Below, piece by piece: positions 19,637 through 30,128 of a stretch of DNA of 64,000 nt. A model generated the notes under the pieces. It made no database searches. It saw only the letters and a list, made by a program, of their open reading frames with translations, and had not been told where the DNA came from. The stretch covers positions 248,001-312,000 of IMG/VR virus record IMGVR_UViG_3300024239_000013. One strand, given 5' to 3'. How positions within the stretch are numbered: the first letter of the stretch is position 1; each line of letters starts with the position of its first letter. The position numbers were made by a program, and so were the translations under genes.

Positions 19637-22120
19637 TTAATTTTTGAATTCCTTACATTTGAAAGGTGATGTTTGTGGTACCTGTTCGAATGTGTTTGCA
19701 TTCATTCTCTTTAGATGAGTTTTTATACTTGGATATATGTCTGCACCTATATAGTAACAGTTTTTGGCAAGAGATTTTCTTATAGGTGAATCTGGATTTA
19801 CGTCAGAAAGTATTCTAAGACCAGCTAAGTCTTCGCTAACTTCACCATTTTTATTAACTTTCCTCTCTGCTATCTTTTTGGAAGGTGCTGTTATTATGGT
19901 AGATTTTTCAAACCCTAATAAATTACCGGTATCTTCATCTTCATTAGTAGCTGAAAACATTTGGTCTCTATTTATTCTTTTAGCGGTAGCTTCACCCAAT
20001 AAATTATCATGAATCCATTTAACACAGCTGATGAATTTATTACCATCGAAAGATATTGCGTTTGCTATCATCACTAAGAAGTTATTTATAGCAACAAAAT
20101 CTTCTTTACCTAAATCTGGATTTTTTTCAGCAGTCTGTAATGCAATTTTAAATGCTTTTGCTATATCGCCTTTAAGGTCGTCATATTCTATGAAAGGTAT
20201 ACTCTTATTCTTAATAGAAGCACTCATCATTTCATAAGAAGAGCTTAGATCTAATTCATCATTCTGTGAATTTTCTCTGAGTAATGATTTTATACCTTCG
20301 TATCTATATTCAGGTCTAATCATACCAAAAGTTTTCCACCCTTTTAAATAATTCTCTATAAAATCAACCGAATCATCATTACCTAAATTTTTTATCCCTC
20401 TGGCATCTGCCCATTTATTCCAGTTACATGGATTTTTTAGAGAACTTGAAGATAGATTTAGATTATAAACACCTCCAGAAAAAAAGAAATATGAGTATTC
20501 TTCAATATCTTTTTCTTTCACTATCTTTTCTATACTGTCGTTCCAAGCTTTAATAAACTGTGGGCTATATGAAGATTTTAAAGATCCATCAGATTTAAGG
20601 AAATCCTCTTCCTCAACTTTTAGGTTATAAACAGACCTTAAATTTTTTGATAGGGTCTTAATTCCTGAAGAAGATCCTCCTCTACTTGGGGATTCGTAAG
20701 TTTCACCCTTATCTGAGACATTTCCTCCTAAATTTTTATATTGAGTATTAAGCTCTTTTTCGAAATCTGAATTATTTATGACTATTTTACTTTCATATAA
20801 CTTACTAAAATCATCTAGACTAACTACTGGACTATATCCCTCATTCATCTTGTTTCTTATAATATCCAAAGATCTTTGTATCGATTTCTTATCCTTATCA
20901 GAAACCCAATCAGAAGAAAGAATATCATCTAAAAGAACCTTATCTATTTCACCATTGTTGTTTTTATTTCCTATTATTTTCTGAAGAGTAGAAACTACAG
21001 CAGTTGTTGCTGGACCATATTTACCATTAGGACCGCCTTTAGATTTTATCAATTTAGAAGCAGAAGGAATCCCATTTACAAGTGCATTTTGAACGGCATA
21101 AATAAGTCCGCTTCCTTTTATTTTTTTATCCGAATCTGAGTCACCTCTTTTAAGTGGAAATACTGATTTAACTATCTGATTTTCTTCAGCTATTTTATCT
21201 TCTTTTATCTCCTTTGTTGTTATAGTATATTGTGCTTTAGCTCTAGTCAAAAGATCCAGTGCAGCATTAGTAAGATCTGTCACATCAGAATATGATGTAT
21301 AGACTTCTTCATCATCTTCTAAATTCTGTAAAGATCTATTAGCAGTTTGAATTAATGTTTTATTGAAATCCTCCTGGTATTTCTCAACTTGTTTCTCCAA
21401 CTCCTCTAGTGCTTTTCTGTCTCTTTCTCCAAATCCACCTCTGGTGGTATCCAAAACTTTTCTTTTCTCGTCAAGATCGATGAATGTTCTTTTCCAATCT
21501 CTACCATAACCATTTCTTTGGTCCTTTCCCTCTGCAGAAGTTATGAGATTATATAGAAGTTTTTTGAGATTCTCTATTCTTCCTTTATAACCGGTAAACA
21601 TGGATTCTAATATAGGATTACCCAGGAATAATTCAGATTCGTCTACTTTCTTACTTTTTAATTCCTTCTCTGCTTCTTTTGCTATATTATCTAAAGTGTT
21701 TTGTAATTTTACTGGAGACTTTCTAAAACTTTTTAAAATAACCTCGTCCTTATCTTTACCGATCTCAGAAGCTCTCTTTAGCGCTTCTGCAAGCTTTTTA
21801 AGAGCTTCCAAATAAAGTCTCTTAGTTTCAGCGTATTTAGAATTTAGCAAATCATTATCGTCTGCATAATCCAAAAGTTTAGCAGTTAACTCTTTAACAT
21901 TCTTAGAATTACTAATATCTGAAAGTTTTACTCTCATAACATCAGGATTTCTATCTCTGGCAGGAGCCAAATCAAAAGTCAATATTTTGAAAGCATCTAG
22001 AGCATTATCAGATATCTTATTTAAAAGTGCATCTACTTTTTCGTTCTCCAAAATTACTTCATAGTGCTCATTAAATAAAGATTTTGCTACTGGATTATTT
22101 AAGTATGGATTTTTTCTCAT
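19637..22120 (-). CDS. large coiled-coil virion protein with peptidoglycan-binding-like domain
   Basis: LKRGDS..IYAVQNAL..NGKYGPATTAVVSTLQK resembles PG_binding_1; several (I/L/M)xE sites. Confidence 0.5.
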   Translation of the reverse strand: MRKNPYLNNPVAKSLFNEHYEVILENEKVDALLNKISDNALDAFKILTFDLAPARDRNPDVMRVKLSDISNSKNVKELTAKLLDYADDNDLLNSKYAETKRLYLEALKKLAEALKRASEIGKDKDEVILKSFRKSPVKLQNTLDNIAKEAEKELKSKKVDESELFLGNPILESMFTGYKGRIENLKKLLYNLITSAEGKDQRNGYGRDWKRTFIDLDEKRKVLDTTRGGFGERDRKALEELEKQVEKYQEDFNKTLIQTANRSLQNLEDDEEVYTSYSDVTDLTNAALDLLTRAKAQYTITTKEIKEDKIAEENQIVKSVFPLKRGDSDSDKKIKGSGLIYAVQNALVNGIPSASKLIKSKGGPNGKYGPATTAVVSTLQKIIGNKNNNGEIDKVLLDDILSSDWVSDKDKKSIQRSLDIIRNKMNEGYSPVVSLDDFSKLYESKIVINNSDFEKELNTQYKNLGGNVSDKGETYESPSRGGSSSGIKTLSKNLRSVYNLKVEEEDFLKSDGSLKSSYSPQFIKAWNDSIEKIVKEKDIEEYSYFFFSGGVYNLNLSSSSLKNPCNWNKWADARGIKNLGNDDSVDFIENYLKGWKTFGMIRPEYRYEGIKSLLRENSQNDELDLSSSYEMMSASIKNKSIPFIEYDDLKGDIAKAFKIALQTAEKNPDLGKEDFVAINNFLVMIANAISFDGNKFISCVKWIHDNLLGEATAKRINRDQMFSATNEDEDTGNLLGFEKSTIITAPSKKIAERKVNKNGEVSEDLAGLRILSDVNPDSPIRKSLAKNCYYIGADIYPSIKTHLKRMNANTFEQVPQTSPFKCKEFKN

Positions 22121-22135
22121 TTTTGATTAATCTTT

Positions 22136-22405
22136 TTAGTATATATTAGTATTTCCTGCATCTGGATTTGCTCTAATTTCCGCAGCTAAAGTTTTAAGAA
22201 GATTTGATATCTGTAAGTAAACAACTGATTGTTTATTCAGAGATTCAATTTCAGAATTAACATTTCCTGGTTTTTTAGCTTTTTTAATTGCAGATATCTC
22301 AGAGAATTTTTTCGAAAGATCCAATTTCGTTTGTTCCATCTTAGATATTTCTGCTTCATTCATTTCAGAATATCCACCCATTTTAAATTCATTAAAACTA
22401 ATCAT
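22136..22405 (-). CDS. putative internal head protein
   Basis: MISFNEF...MNEA leader. Confidence 0.5.
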   Translation of the reverse strand: MISFNEFKMGGYSEMNEAEISKMEQTKLDLSKKFSEISAIKKAKKPGNVNSEIESLNKQSVVYLQISNLLKTLAAEIRANPDAGNTNIY

Positions 22406-23288
22406 GATTTCTTGCTACTGTTATTTTAGATCTGAGGTCTCTTATTTGACCCATATATTTTTCTCTAATTTCCTTTATTCTCTTAGCTGCTGATTCTCTA
22501 GTTTCTCCGTTCCCGGTTTTATTTGAAATTTCATTATTAAGAGCATCCCTTTCCAAATCCATCTGAACGTATAAAGAATCTCTTTCCTTTATAAGAGAGG
22601 AAGTTAGTTTTTTGATTTGTTCCTTGGTAAGAGATGAAATTTCTTTCGTAAACTCTGATATTGACATTGATGTATATCGATCGATAGAGCTATCATTTAA
22701 ACCAGAAGATTTCTTTTCGTCCTCCTTTGATTTAACTTCTCTACTAACCAAATCACCATAGTTTTTTTTGAATTCCAGATCTCTTTCCTTTGCTTTAAGA
22801 ACTGCCTTTTTGTATTTGTCATAAAGATCCTTAGATGTGGAAGAATCTGCTAATTCTTTAGACTTCTTATACATTTCCTCTGCAACTTCAGCATCGACTT
22901 TAGCTTTATTCACCTCCCAGAAATTTTGCAATTTAATGCTATCACTAATTACATCTTTAACAACCTTCATTAAATGATCTACTTTTTTAGCGTGAACCTT
23001 TTTAGAATTAGCTAAAACAGCATTATTTCTTTGGATATATCTTTCGGCTTTTTTTGCTTCTGCTGGGTCATTTTTAGATTGGGCTCTTTCCAATTCTAGT
23101 TTATCTATTTCAATTAAAACTTCCTCCCATTCATCAACAAATTCCAATTCTAGATTTTTATAGTCATTTAGGAGTCCTTGAAGTTTACTCATAGCTCCAC
23201 CAAAATTAGCACTAAACCAATCTTTAACTTTATCAAAAAAGTTTGCTTCATTTAGGGTTTCCCATTCTTTAAATTTAAGAGTCTTCAT
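22398..23288 (-). CDS. putative internal head protein, coiled-coil
   Basis: MKTLKFKEWETLNEA leader. Confidence 0.5.
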   Translation of the reverse strand: MKTLKFKEWETLNEANFFDKVKDWFSANFGGAMSKLQGLLNDYKNLELEFVDEWEEVLIEIDKLELERAQSKNDPAEAKKAERYIQRNNAVLANSKKVHAKKVDHLMKVVKDVISDSIKLQNFWEVNKAKVDAEVAEEMYKKSKELADSSTSKDLYDKYKKAVLKAKERDLEFKKNYGDLVSREVKSKEDEKKSSGLNDSSIDRYTSMSISEFTKEISSLTKEQIKKLTSSLIKERDSLYVQMDLERDALNNEISNKTGNGETRESAAKRIKEIREKYMGQIRDLRSKITVARNHD

Positions 23289-23289
23289 T

Positions 23290-24438
23290 TTAATCTATTA
23301 ATTTTGATTTAGCTTTTTTAATTCTTCCTACGTTAGCTGGAGAATTCTTATCTTTTTCTATACTAGCAAAAAGATCAGATACCACCTTTTTAGTTCCTGA
23401 ATTAGCATCATCTCCGTTAATAATCTCCTGATTTATTTTATTTGTTAACTTAGTAAAATCAGATTCTTTGGATAAAACCTTAGTTATCTCTGATTCAGTT
23501 TTACCTAGACCTCTAAATAGATGTAAGAGATTTTCCTTTGCATCTAAAGTAGAGCTCAGTTCAAGAAGATCCATTTTAAAAGTCTCTATGTACTTTAGTG
23601 ATATTGTTTTAGGGCTCTTAGCCATTTTAGATTCTAAAACATTCAATTTTCTCTCAATATCAGATCTTAAATCTGCTATTTCTTTTTCTAATTCATTTTT
23701 TCTTTGTATTAGGTCCTTACCCTTTCTACTCGAGATTTTTTTCTTCTCCTTTTCTAAATCTACAGATAGATCATTTTTAGGGGCTCTGTCCTCTAAATCT
23801 CTCTCAGTTTTAGCTTTTATATCATTAGCCTTTTCCTCTGCATCTCTCTTTGCATCTTCTATTTTTTCTTTATACTTTCTAATTTCAGTTTGGTCTTTAG
23901 ATCTTTCTGAAGCTAATTTATATTCTAGTTCTGCTATAGCAATTTCATCCTCTGCATATCCTGCAGCTAAATATTGTTTTCTTCTAGAATTATCATCAGT
24001 AAGTCTATAAGCAACATCTTTTGATTTTTTAATCTTTAATTTTTGAGCTTTCACATAAGCTTCAAATTCTTTAATTTTAGAATCTCTTTCTTTCTCTAAA
24101 GAATCTATTTTTTCTTTATTTCCGGATCTAGATAAGCTATCTATTTGAATATCTATTTTTTCTATATTCTTTTCAAACTCGTCTTTTTTTTCTATTAAAT
24201 CTAATTCTAAATCAAGAATAATTTTTCTAGCCTGATCAATCATACTTATTCTTGACATAGATCCAAGGAAAAATTTAGATAAGCTATTCTTTAAATTATT
24301 CATAAGATTCCCTTCATTAACCGAATGTATAGGTTCAACTCTTTCTAGGGAATTAAGCTCATTCAACAATTCAGGACTTACACTTTCCATCAAATCCCCA
24401 TATTTTTTGAATTCACTAAAAGATGGTATATTTTTCAT
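23290..24438 (-). CDS. putative internal head protein, coiled-coil
   Basis: MKNIPSFSEF..LMES..VNEG leader; late motif at 24465. Confidence 0.5.
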   Translation of the reverse strand: MKNIPSFSEFKKYGDLMESVSPELLNELNSLERVEPIHSVNEGNLMNNLKNSLSKFFLGSMSRISMIDQARKIILDLELDLIEKKDEFEKNIEKIDIQIDSLSRSGNKEKIDSLEKERDSKIKEFEAYVKAQKLKIKKSKDVAYRLTDDNSRRKQYLAAGYAEDEIAIAELEYKLASERSKDQTEIRKYKEKIEDAKRDAEEKANDIKAKTERDLEDRAPKNDLSVDLEKEKKKISSRKGKDLIQRKNELEKEIADLRSDIERKLNVLESKMAKSPKTISLKYIETFKMDLLELSSTLDAKENLLHLFRGLGKTESEITKVLSKESDFTKLTNKINQEIINGDDANSGTKKVVSDLFASIEKDKNSPANVGRIKKAKSKLID

Positions 24439-24502
24439 ATATAGACAATTATATTTTTCTATTCTATATATCCAATAAGATTTTTTATATGTTACCTAAA
24501 CT

Positions 24503-26239
24503 CTAATGAATTCCATATTTATAATTACCACAGTCCCATATTTTATAATATCCCATAGAATGCATAATATCATCAGCTTTTAAGTTTGGATCAAATCCAA
24601 GAGAAATCAATTTAGATTTTGTCCAGTTTAGTCGATTAGATTTTCTATCGTCAACAACCCAATAATATCCAGGAGTTGTTTTTCCGATATAAATAAATCC
24701 ACTTTTATAATAAGAAGTTTCTTTGTGATTGGGGGAGAAAGAAACATCGCAATAAGTAACTATAGATTTGGTAATATTATCTTTTATATACTTAATAATC
24801 CTAGAAACTCCACCAACTACAGTTGTATTAATAAGACTACAACTTCTGATTACCTCATATTCATATTTAGATTTTTTACTATCTATTAATTTTCTAGTTT
24901 TCGCTAAACTCATCAGAGAAACTAATACATTCTCGTAATATAATCCTATTATTATACTTGCTGGACAATATCCCTTGAGATGATTCTTCTGTGTAAAATG
25001 CTTATATTCACTTTTAGTGACCTGTTTTATTTCACACTTTCTGGCAAAAATTTTTCTTGAAATAGCACCAACTGCAGAAGATATCATAGACTTAACTATT
25101 TCTTTTTTATACCTCCAATCATCCTCCCATATATGATATAAACTAATACCTTTACTTGATAAAAATTCAGTTTTTTCTTGGTGATATTTAGAATTCTTAT
25201 ATATCTCAGAGTGCCAATAAAGTCCATTAAACTCAAAAGCAACGTTTATTTTTGGCAAATAGACGTCAACTTCAGAAAATTGTTTATTGTTTTTAAATAA
25301 ACTTCTATTATTAGATAATACCTCTCCAGGATATATTTCTTCTATATATTTTAGTAATTCCCTTTCCAAAACAGAAGATTTCATGTCTATTGGGTTACAA
25401 TATGGACATGGATCTATTCCATTTCTAAGTTTAGCATTTATAGTTGTTGAATGGAAACTAAAATCATGATTGCATCTTTCACAATTTAGATCAACCTTAG
25501 TTGTCGAATAACTAATCAATCCAATAGAATAAGAATCCAATTTACTAGAAAGTGTTTTTTGCTTAGTTATCGATGAAGACTCCGAAACTTTCTTAGCTAT
25601 TTCAGGATTTTTCATAGTATTCTCGTGTCCATACTTAAGAATATTGGTATTTCTTGACGACTCCGAATTAATAAAATCCAAGGTTCCATATTTTTCAATA
25701 CAGGTTTTAAGTCTTTTTTCAGAAATCTCCTTATTTTTTAAGGGAGAGTCTACACCATATTTTTCATTAAGGGTTTCCCTTATTTTTTCTTTTACTTCAT
25801 TGGATTTGAAATTATGATCAACCCCATATTTTGTTAACATAGTAGCTTCATATTTTTTTCTTTCTTCCGAACCTTTTTTGAAATACGAGTCTCCGTATTT
25901 TGACTTTATTGTATTTTTAAAACTATCGACTTTAATTTTTCTTTTACATTCAGAATTACCACATGTATTAAAGTAACCATCACTGAATCTATAGAATTTT
26001 TTAGGGTTTCCGCATATGCACTTTTCTACTAATTCCAAATTATTTATTATATGATATAATCTTTGTCCTATAGTAATGTCAAAATATACTTGATTTAGAA
26101 AATGTGTTACGTTCTCGATATCTGAAATTAATTCCTTATCGTTCCTTATTCTAGTGAATATGCCATTTAATGACATATTATTCGAAAGCTTATCGTTGAT
26201 GTCATTCGTTATTAATATCAGATTATTGCTAAGTTTCAT
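24503..26239 (-). mobile_element. free-standing homing endonuclease-like gene (KYG repeats, CxxC, PD-(D/E)xK/Vsr-like nuclease, GNAT/Mom-like C-terminus)
   Basis: EKYGV repeats, CERC/CPYC, EVDVYLP..AFEFNGLYWHS, HIWEDDW, ARKCEIK..YCD..IWDCG; sits downstream of the MCP terminator. Confidence 0.6.
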
Positions 26240-26276
26240 GTTTCGTAAAATTGCTTATATTGTTTAATATTATAGC

Positions 26277-26311
26277 AAAAAAAAGCTTTAGTTTTCACTA
26301 AAGCTTTTTTT
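26277..26311 (-). terminator. intrinsic terminator after major capsid gene
   Basis: aaaaaaagctttag-ttttca-ctaaagcttttttt. Confidence 0.85.
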
Positions 26312-26329
26312 ATTTATTTAATGTTTAGA

Positions 26330-28042
26330 TTATGCTAGACCTCCTGCAGGTACATTAACAAAGAATGTTAAGTACATAGTTTCAGGTAACATACCAGCTT
26401 CAACTAGAGCGTATCTAGATTTAACTGCTATTTTAGGTGACATAGTACCTTCAGAGATTGTCTGAATTGACTCTGCCATCATATAAGGCATGAATTTAAG
26501 ACCTGGTTCGTCGTCTCCACCTTTTCTACCAACTAATACTCTAGTATCTCCGTAGCTCATGTTTTGATCTACATAAACAGTCATACCAGCAAGAGATCCT
26601 ACCGGATATAATGTACCGTTATTTTGAGTTAGAGTGTTAGAGAAAGGAGCAAAAGTGAATTGAGAGATGTCTTGAAGTGCACTTGCAACTGCAGCGTTTG
26701 TTACGATGAAGTTAGCTGGACCTCTTCTACCTCTGTTAGCTACTACGTTAGCAGCTGCAAGAATTCTAGAGAATAATCTTCTTTGTAAAGTTGATAAGTT
26801 CTCGTAAGAAGTTGATGCAGGACCTGCTGGAATAGCCATAGCTACACCTTGATCTGATTTATTAACGTAAGCTGCTGTTGTACCAGTAGATCCGTTAAGT
26901 ACTAAGTTTAAGTTCAAGTTTTGGTTTTCAACGTTGTTGAATTGAACGTGGTTAGACCAACCTAGAGCAAATGCTCTTGAAAGGATGTGCTTGTTAATTG
27001 CTTGAGAAACCTCGTTAACTAATGCATTCTCGATCATTGAAATAACGTCGATACCGAATTGTTTGTTAAGGTCTTGGATTTGCTCAGTTGTAACTGAAGC
27101 AGCAACTTGGAAAGTCTCAGCTTCTACGAACTTAGTGAAAGTAGAAAGACCCATTGAGTTATAGTAAGTAGATTCAGCTACTCCTCTTAACATTGGGTTA
27201 TAAGTTTTAGTACCATCAACATAAGGTCCTTGCCAATCAGCATCGTTATTGAAACCAGCACCAGAGAATCCTTGGATGTGATCTTCTAAAGCTTTAACTA
27301 ATTGAGCAACGTATCCGTTAACTGAAGTAGAAGTACCAGTGTACATACCGCTAGTACCAACTTGTACTGAAGTACCGTTGACGATAGAAGCTATTGTATA
27401 GTTTTGAGTAACTCCAGCAACCTCGAAAATTGGGAAACCGTCAATTCTTGAAAGTCCAACGAAAGTTAAAGTTAAAGTACCACCGTTAACTACAGTGTAA
27501 GAAGTTCCTACTGTAAAAGTACCAGCTGTAGCACCAGTAGCACCAGCAGCAGATCCTTGATAAACAGGGAATTTAATCATTGATGGAGCTTTTGCTAAAG
27601 CATCTGCAGCAGAAGCATCTGAGCCAGTAGCACCAGCTAATTTACCACCTGCATATACATAATCTAGATAAGATAAGATACCAGTTGGTCCTGACATAGG
27701 AATAACAGGAACGATATCAAACCCGATTGTTTTAGCAGCTACTTGAATAGCTAAAGGTAACAATGATGGGAATTTATCTCCTGAACCTTGCCAAGATGCG
27801 TTATAGAAACCAGCATTAGCACCAGTTGATAATCCACCTGCTCCTGGGAATGATGGAGGGGTTACGTTACCCATACCATTTACAACACCTAAAGAGTTAT
27901 ATGCACCCGCAGATTCGTTTAATGAGTGATAGTGACAATATTTAGTTAACCACTCTTTTTTGCTTGAGTCAGTGATTCCTGCTTTACTCTCGATGATAGG
28001 AGACCAGGTTTCATAGATTTCTTGTTCGTTAATCAATTTCAT
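26330..28042 (-). CDS. gp23: major capsid protein, T4 gp23-like
   Basis: DIVPVIPMSGPTG, TEQIQDL, EVSQAINK, RGPANFIV, FMPY, PKIAVKSRYAL; strong codon bias; SLNES processing site. Confidence 0.92.
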   Translation of the reverse strand: MKLINEQEIYETWSPIIESKAGITDSSKKEWLTKYCHYHSLNESAGAYNSLGVVNGMGNVTPPSFPGAGGLSTGANAGFYNASWQGSGDKFPSLLPLAIQVAAKTIGFDIVPVIPMSGPTGILSYLDYVYAGGKLAGATGSDASAADALAKAPSMIKFPVYQGSAAGATGATAGTFTVGTSYTVVNGGTLTLTFVGLSRIDGFPIFEVAGVTQNYTIASIVNGTSVQVGTSGMYTGTSTSVNGYVAQLVKALEDHIQGFSGAGFNNDADWQGPYVDGTKTYNPMLRGVAESTYYNSMGLSTFTKFVEAETFQVAASVTTEQIQDLNKQFGIDVISMIENALVNEVSQAINKHILSRAFALGWSNHVQFNNVENQNLNLNLVLNGSTGTTAAYVNKSDQGVAMAIPAGPASTSYENLSTLQRRLFSRILAAANVVANRGRRGPANFIVTNAAVASALQDISQFTFAPFSNTLTQNNGTLYPVGSLAGMTVYVDQNMSYGDTRVLVGRKGGDDEPGLKFMPYMMAESIQTISEGTMSPKIAVKSRYALVEAGMLPETMYLTFFVNVPAGGLA

Positions 28043-28071
28043 GATTTTATTTACTTTTTTTTAATTTTAAT

Positions 28072-30060
28072 TTACCTTTTTGAGAATTTTTGCTCTAGTG
28101 CTGAAGCTATATAATTCATATAATCATTTGAATAAGCTTTTGGAGCATCGTCTTGAGCTAGATTTTCATTCTCGTTTAGTTTTTGAACACCAACTGGTTT
28201 AGTCCCTAGCTGTCTAGTAGACCAGAAGTTTTTGATCTGGTAAGGTGTATCTAATCTATAGAAGTTACTTTGAGCAATGATAGATTGCTGGTGGCCTTCG
28301 TTAAGAGATTCCCAAACCTGAACATATTCTTCAGGCATCTCGTCGATAAACTTAAGTCCTGTTTTGTTAGTGTTCTCGTTAAGAGTTTCTTCTGCCTTCT
28401 GTGTGTCGGCTGGTGCTTCTACAAATCTAGAAGCTTCGTTTATATTTGATTCAGTTTTTTGTGTTTTAACTGATTCTATCAAATTGTCAATTTTTGTTGA
28501 AAGATTATCATAATCTCCAGCAAATCCAGATTCATTTAAACCTGCTTTAGCTGAAAGATCTACGCTTTCTCTTAGTGATTCTTCTTTTTGCATAATTCCG
28601 TTATTAACGCTTTCTGCTATATATTCAGTATAAGATATTGATCTTTTAACTTTTTCTGCTAAATATTCAGAATAATCCAATCCTCTATTAAGATTTTCAG
28701 CTAAATAATCAGAATATTCGATTGATTTGTTTAAGTTTTCTGCTAAGTACTCAGTATATTCAATTCCATCATTTAGTTTTTCTGCTACGTATTCAGTGTA
28801 GGCAATACCTTTATCTAAGTTTTCTGCAATATATTCAGTGTAAGCAATACCTTTATCTACATTTTCTGCAAGATATTCAGCGTAGGCAATACCTTTATCT
28901 ACATTTTCTGCAAGATATTCAGAATATTGGATATTCTGATCAACTTTCTCTGCAAGATACTTAGAATATTCAATGGATTTATCTACATTTTCAGCAACAT
29001 ACTCAGAATAAGAAATGGATTTATCTACATTTTCAGCTAAATACTTAGAATAAGAAATATTCTTATCAAGATTTTCAGCTAAATATTTGCTGTAGCTGAT
29101 ACTAGAATCTAAATTCTCTGCAAGATATTCTCCGTACTTGATAGCATTATCTAAGTTTTCAGCAAGATATTCAGAATATTTTTCTAATTTTTTTACTCTT
29201 TCTTCTAGTGCTGAAGTATTAGAAGATTCATCAGATTCTGTCAATTTTTCTCTTTGGTCTTTAATTTCTGCTATTGAACTTTTCATAGCATCCATCTCTT
29301 TTTTTAAGAAAATCGAATATCGATTAAGTTCTTCTGCAGTAACAAGTTCTTTATTCTCCATGAGGATTGTTTTATTTTTGTCTATTTTTGATACGAGTTT
29401 GTTAAATTCTTCGTTATTTTCAACTTTATATATCTTTACTGAGGATTCATTTTCTAGGCCTAATGATTCATTCACACAAATTAAATCAGATAATACACTA
29501 GAATTTCTCATTTCGAAAAATTCTTCAAATGTATAACCTGCACTTTCATAAACTCTTTCAAGCTGTGCGTCTTGAAATCCAGGATCTGCAACTAGGTCGT
29601 AAGTAAATATCTTTTTAATTTGAACTTTCTTATCGTTACCTACCGCTCCTGCTGCTCTAGATGATATAGATAAAGGAACTCCAGCATCTACTAATTTCTT
29701 AGCAATCTGACCCGCTGGTGTATCTAGAAGTCTTACTTTAATTCTAATTTCTCTAGTATTCTTATCGTAAGTAAGATCCGTAATTATGTGGGATATGTTT
29801 TTTAAAGAAACGTCAAACTTTTCTGGGTGGTCTAATTCTCCAACCAGTCTTTTTTGAGCTATCTTATCTTTAAGATAATTTAAATGTGGAAGATATTCAG
29901 CTTCTTCATATATCCTATTGTTGTTGTTCTCTTTTCCGAAAACAGCAGCAATACCCTCAAGTACATATTCTTCAGAATCTGTTTTTTTAGATTCCAAAAC
30001 CGTTTCCTGTCTTTCTAGAATAAAAACTAAATCTTCGTTCAATTTTTGAGTTGTCGGCAT
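28072..30060 (-). CDS. gp21: prohead protease (gp21-like) fused to scaffold/core domain
   Basis: NNNNRIY, GELDHP, LLDTPAG, ISSRAAG, TYDLVADPGF, then 14 x 14-aa repeats. Confidence 0.88.
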   Translation of the reverse strand: MPTTQKLNEDLVFILERQETVLESKKTDSEEYVLEGIAAVFGKENNNNRIYEEAEYLPHLNYLKDKIAQKRLVGELDHPEKFDVSLKNISHIITDLTYDKNTREIRIKVRLLDTPAGQIAKKLVDAGVPLSISSRAAGAVGNDKKVQIKKIFTYDLVADPGFQDAQLERVYESAGYTFEEFFEMRNSSVLSDLICVNESLGLENESSVKIYKVENNEEFNKLVSKIDKNKTILMENKELVTAEELNRYSIFLKKEMDAMKSSIAEIKDQREKLTESDESSNTSALEERVKKLEKYSEYLAENLDNAIKYGEYLAENLDSSISYSKYLAENLDKNISYSKYLAENVDKSISYSEYVAENVDKSIEYSKYLAEKVDQNIQYSEYLAENVDKGIAYAEYLAENVDKGIAYTEYIAENLDKGIAYTEYVAEKLNDGIEYTEYLAENLNKSIEYSDYLAENLNRGLDYSEYLAEKVKRSISYTEYIAESVNNGIMQKEESLRESVDLSAKAGLNESGFAGDYDNLSTKIDNLIESVKTQKTESNINEASRFVEAPADTQKAEETLNENTNKTGLKFIDEMPEEYVQVWESLNEGHQQSIIAQSNFYRLDTPYQIKNFWSTRQLGTKPVGVQKLNENENLAQDDAPKAYSNDYMNYIASALEQKFSKR
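28610..29180 (-). repeat. 42-bp (14-aa) coding tandem repeat, 14 copies of Y-x-E-Y-L-A-E-N-L-D-K-x-I-x
   Basis: Counted directly in the translation. Confidence 0.92.
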
Positions 30061-30085
30061 TTTTCTATATTCTTTTTATCTTTCT

Positions 30086-30093
30086 TATATATC
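30086..30093 (-). promoter_or_regulatory. late promoter of protease-capsid operon
   Basis: GATATATA 25 nt upstream of ATG 30060. Confidence 0.75.
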
Positions 30094-30128
30094 AATAAAG
30101 ATTTTAATATTTTTAATCTTTTTTTATA

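Noticed and set aside
28610-29180. 42-bp repeats as CRISPR or DGR template
   Set aside because: In-frame protein repeats with synonymous variation; no cas or reverse transcriptase gene in the window
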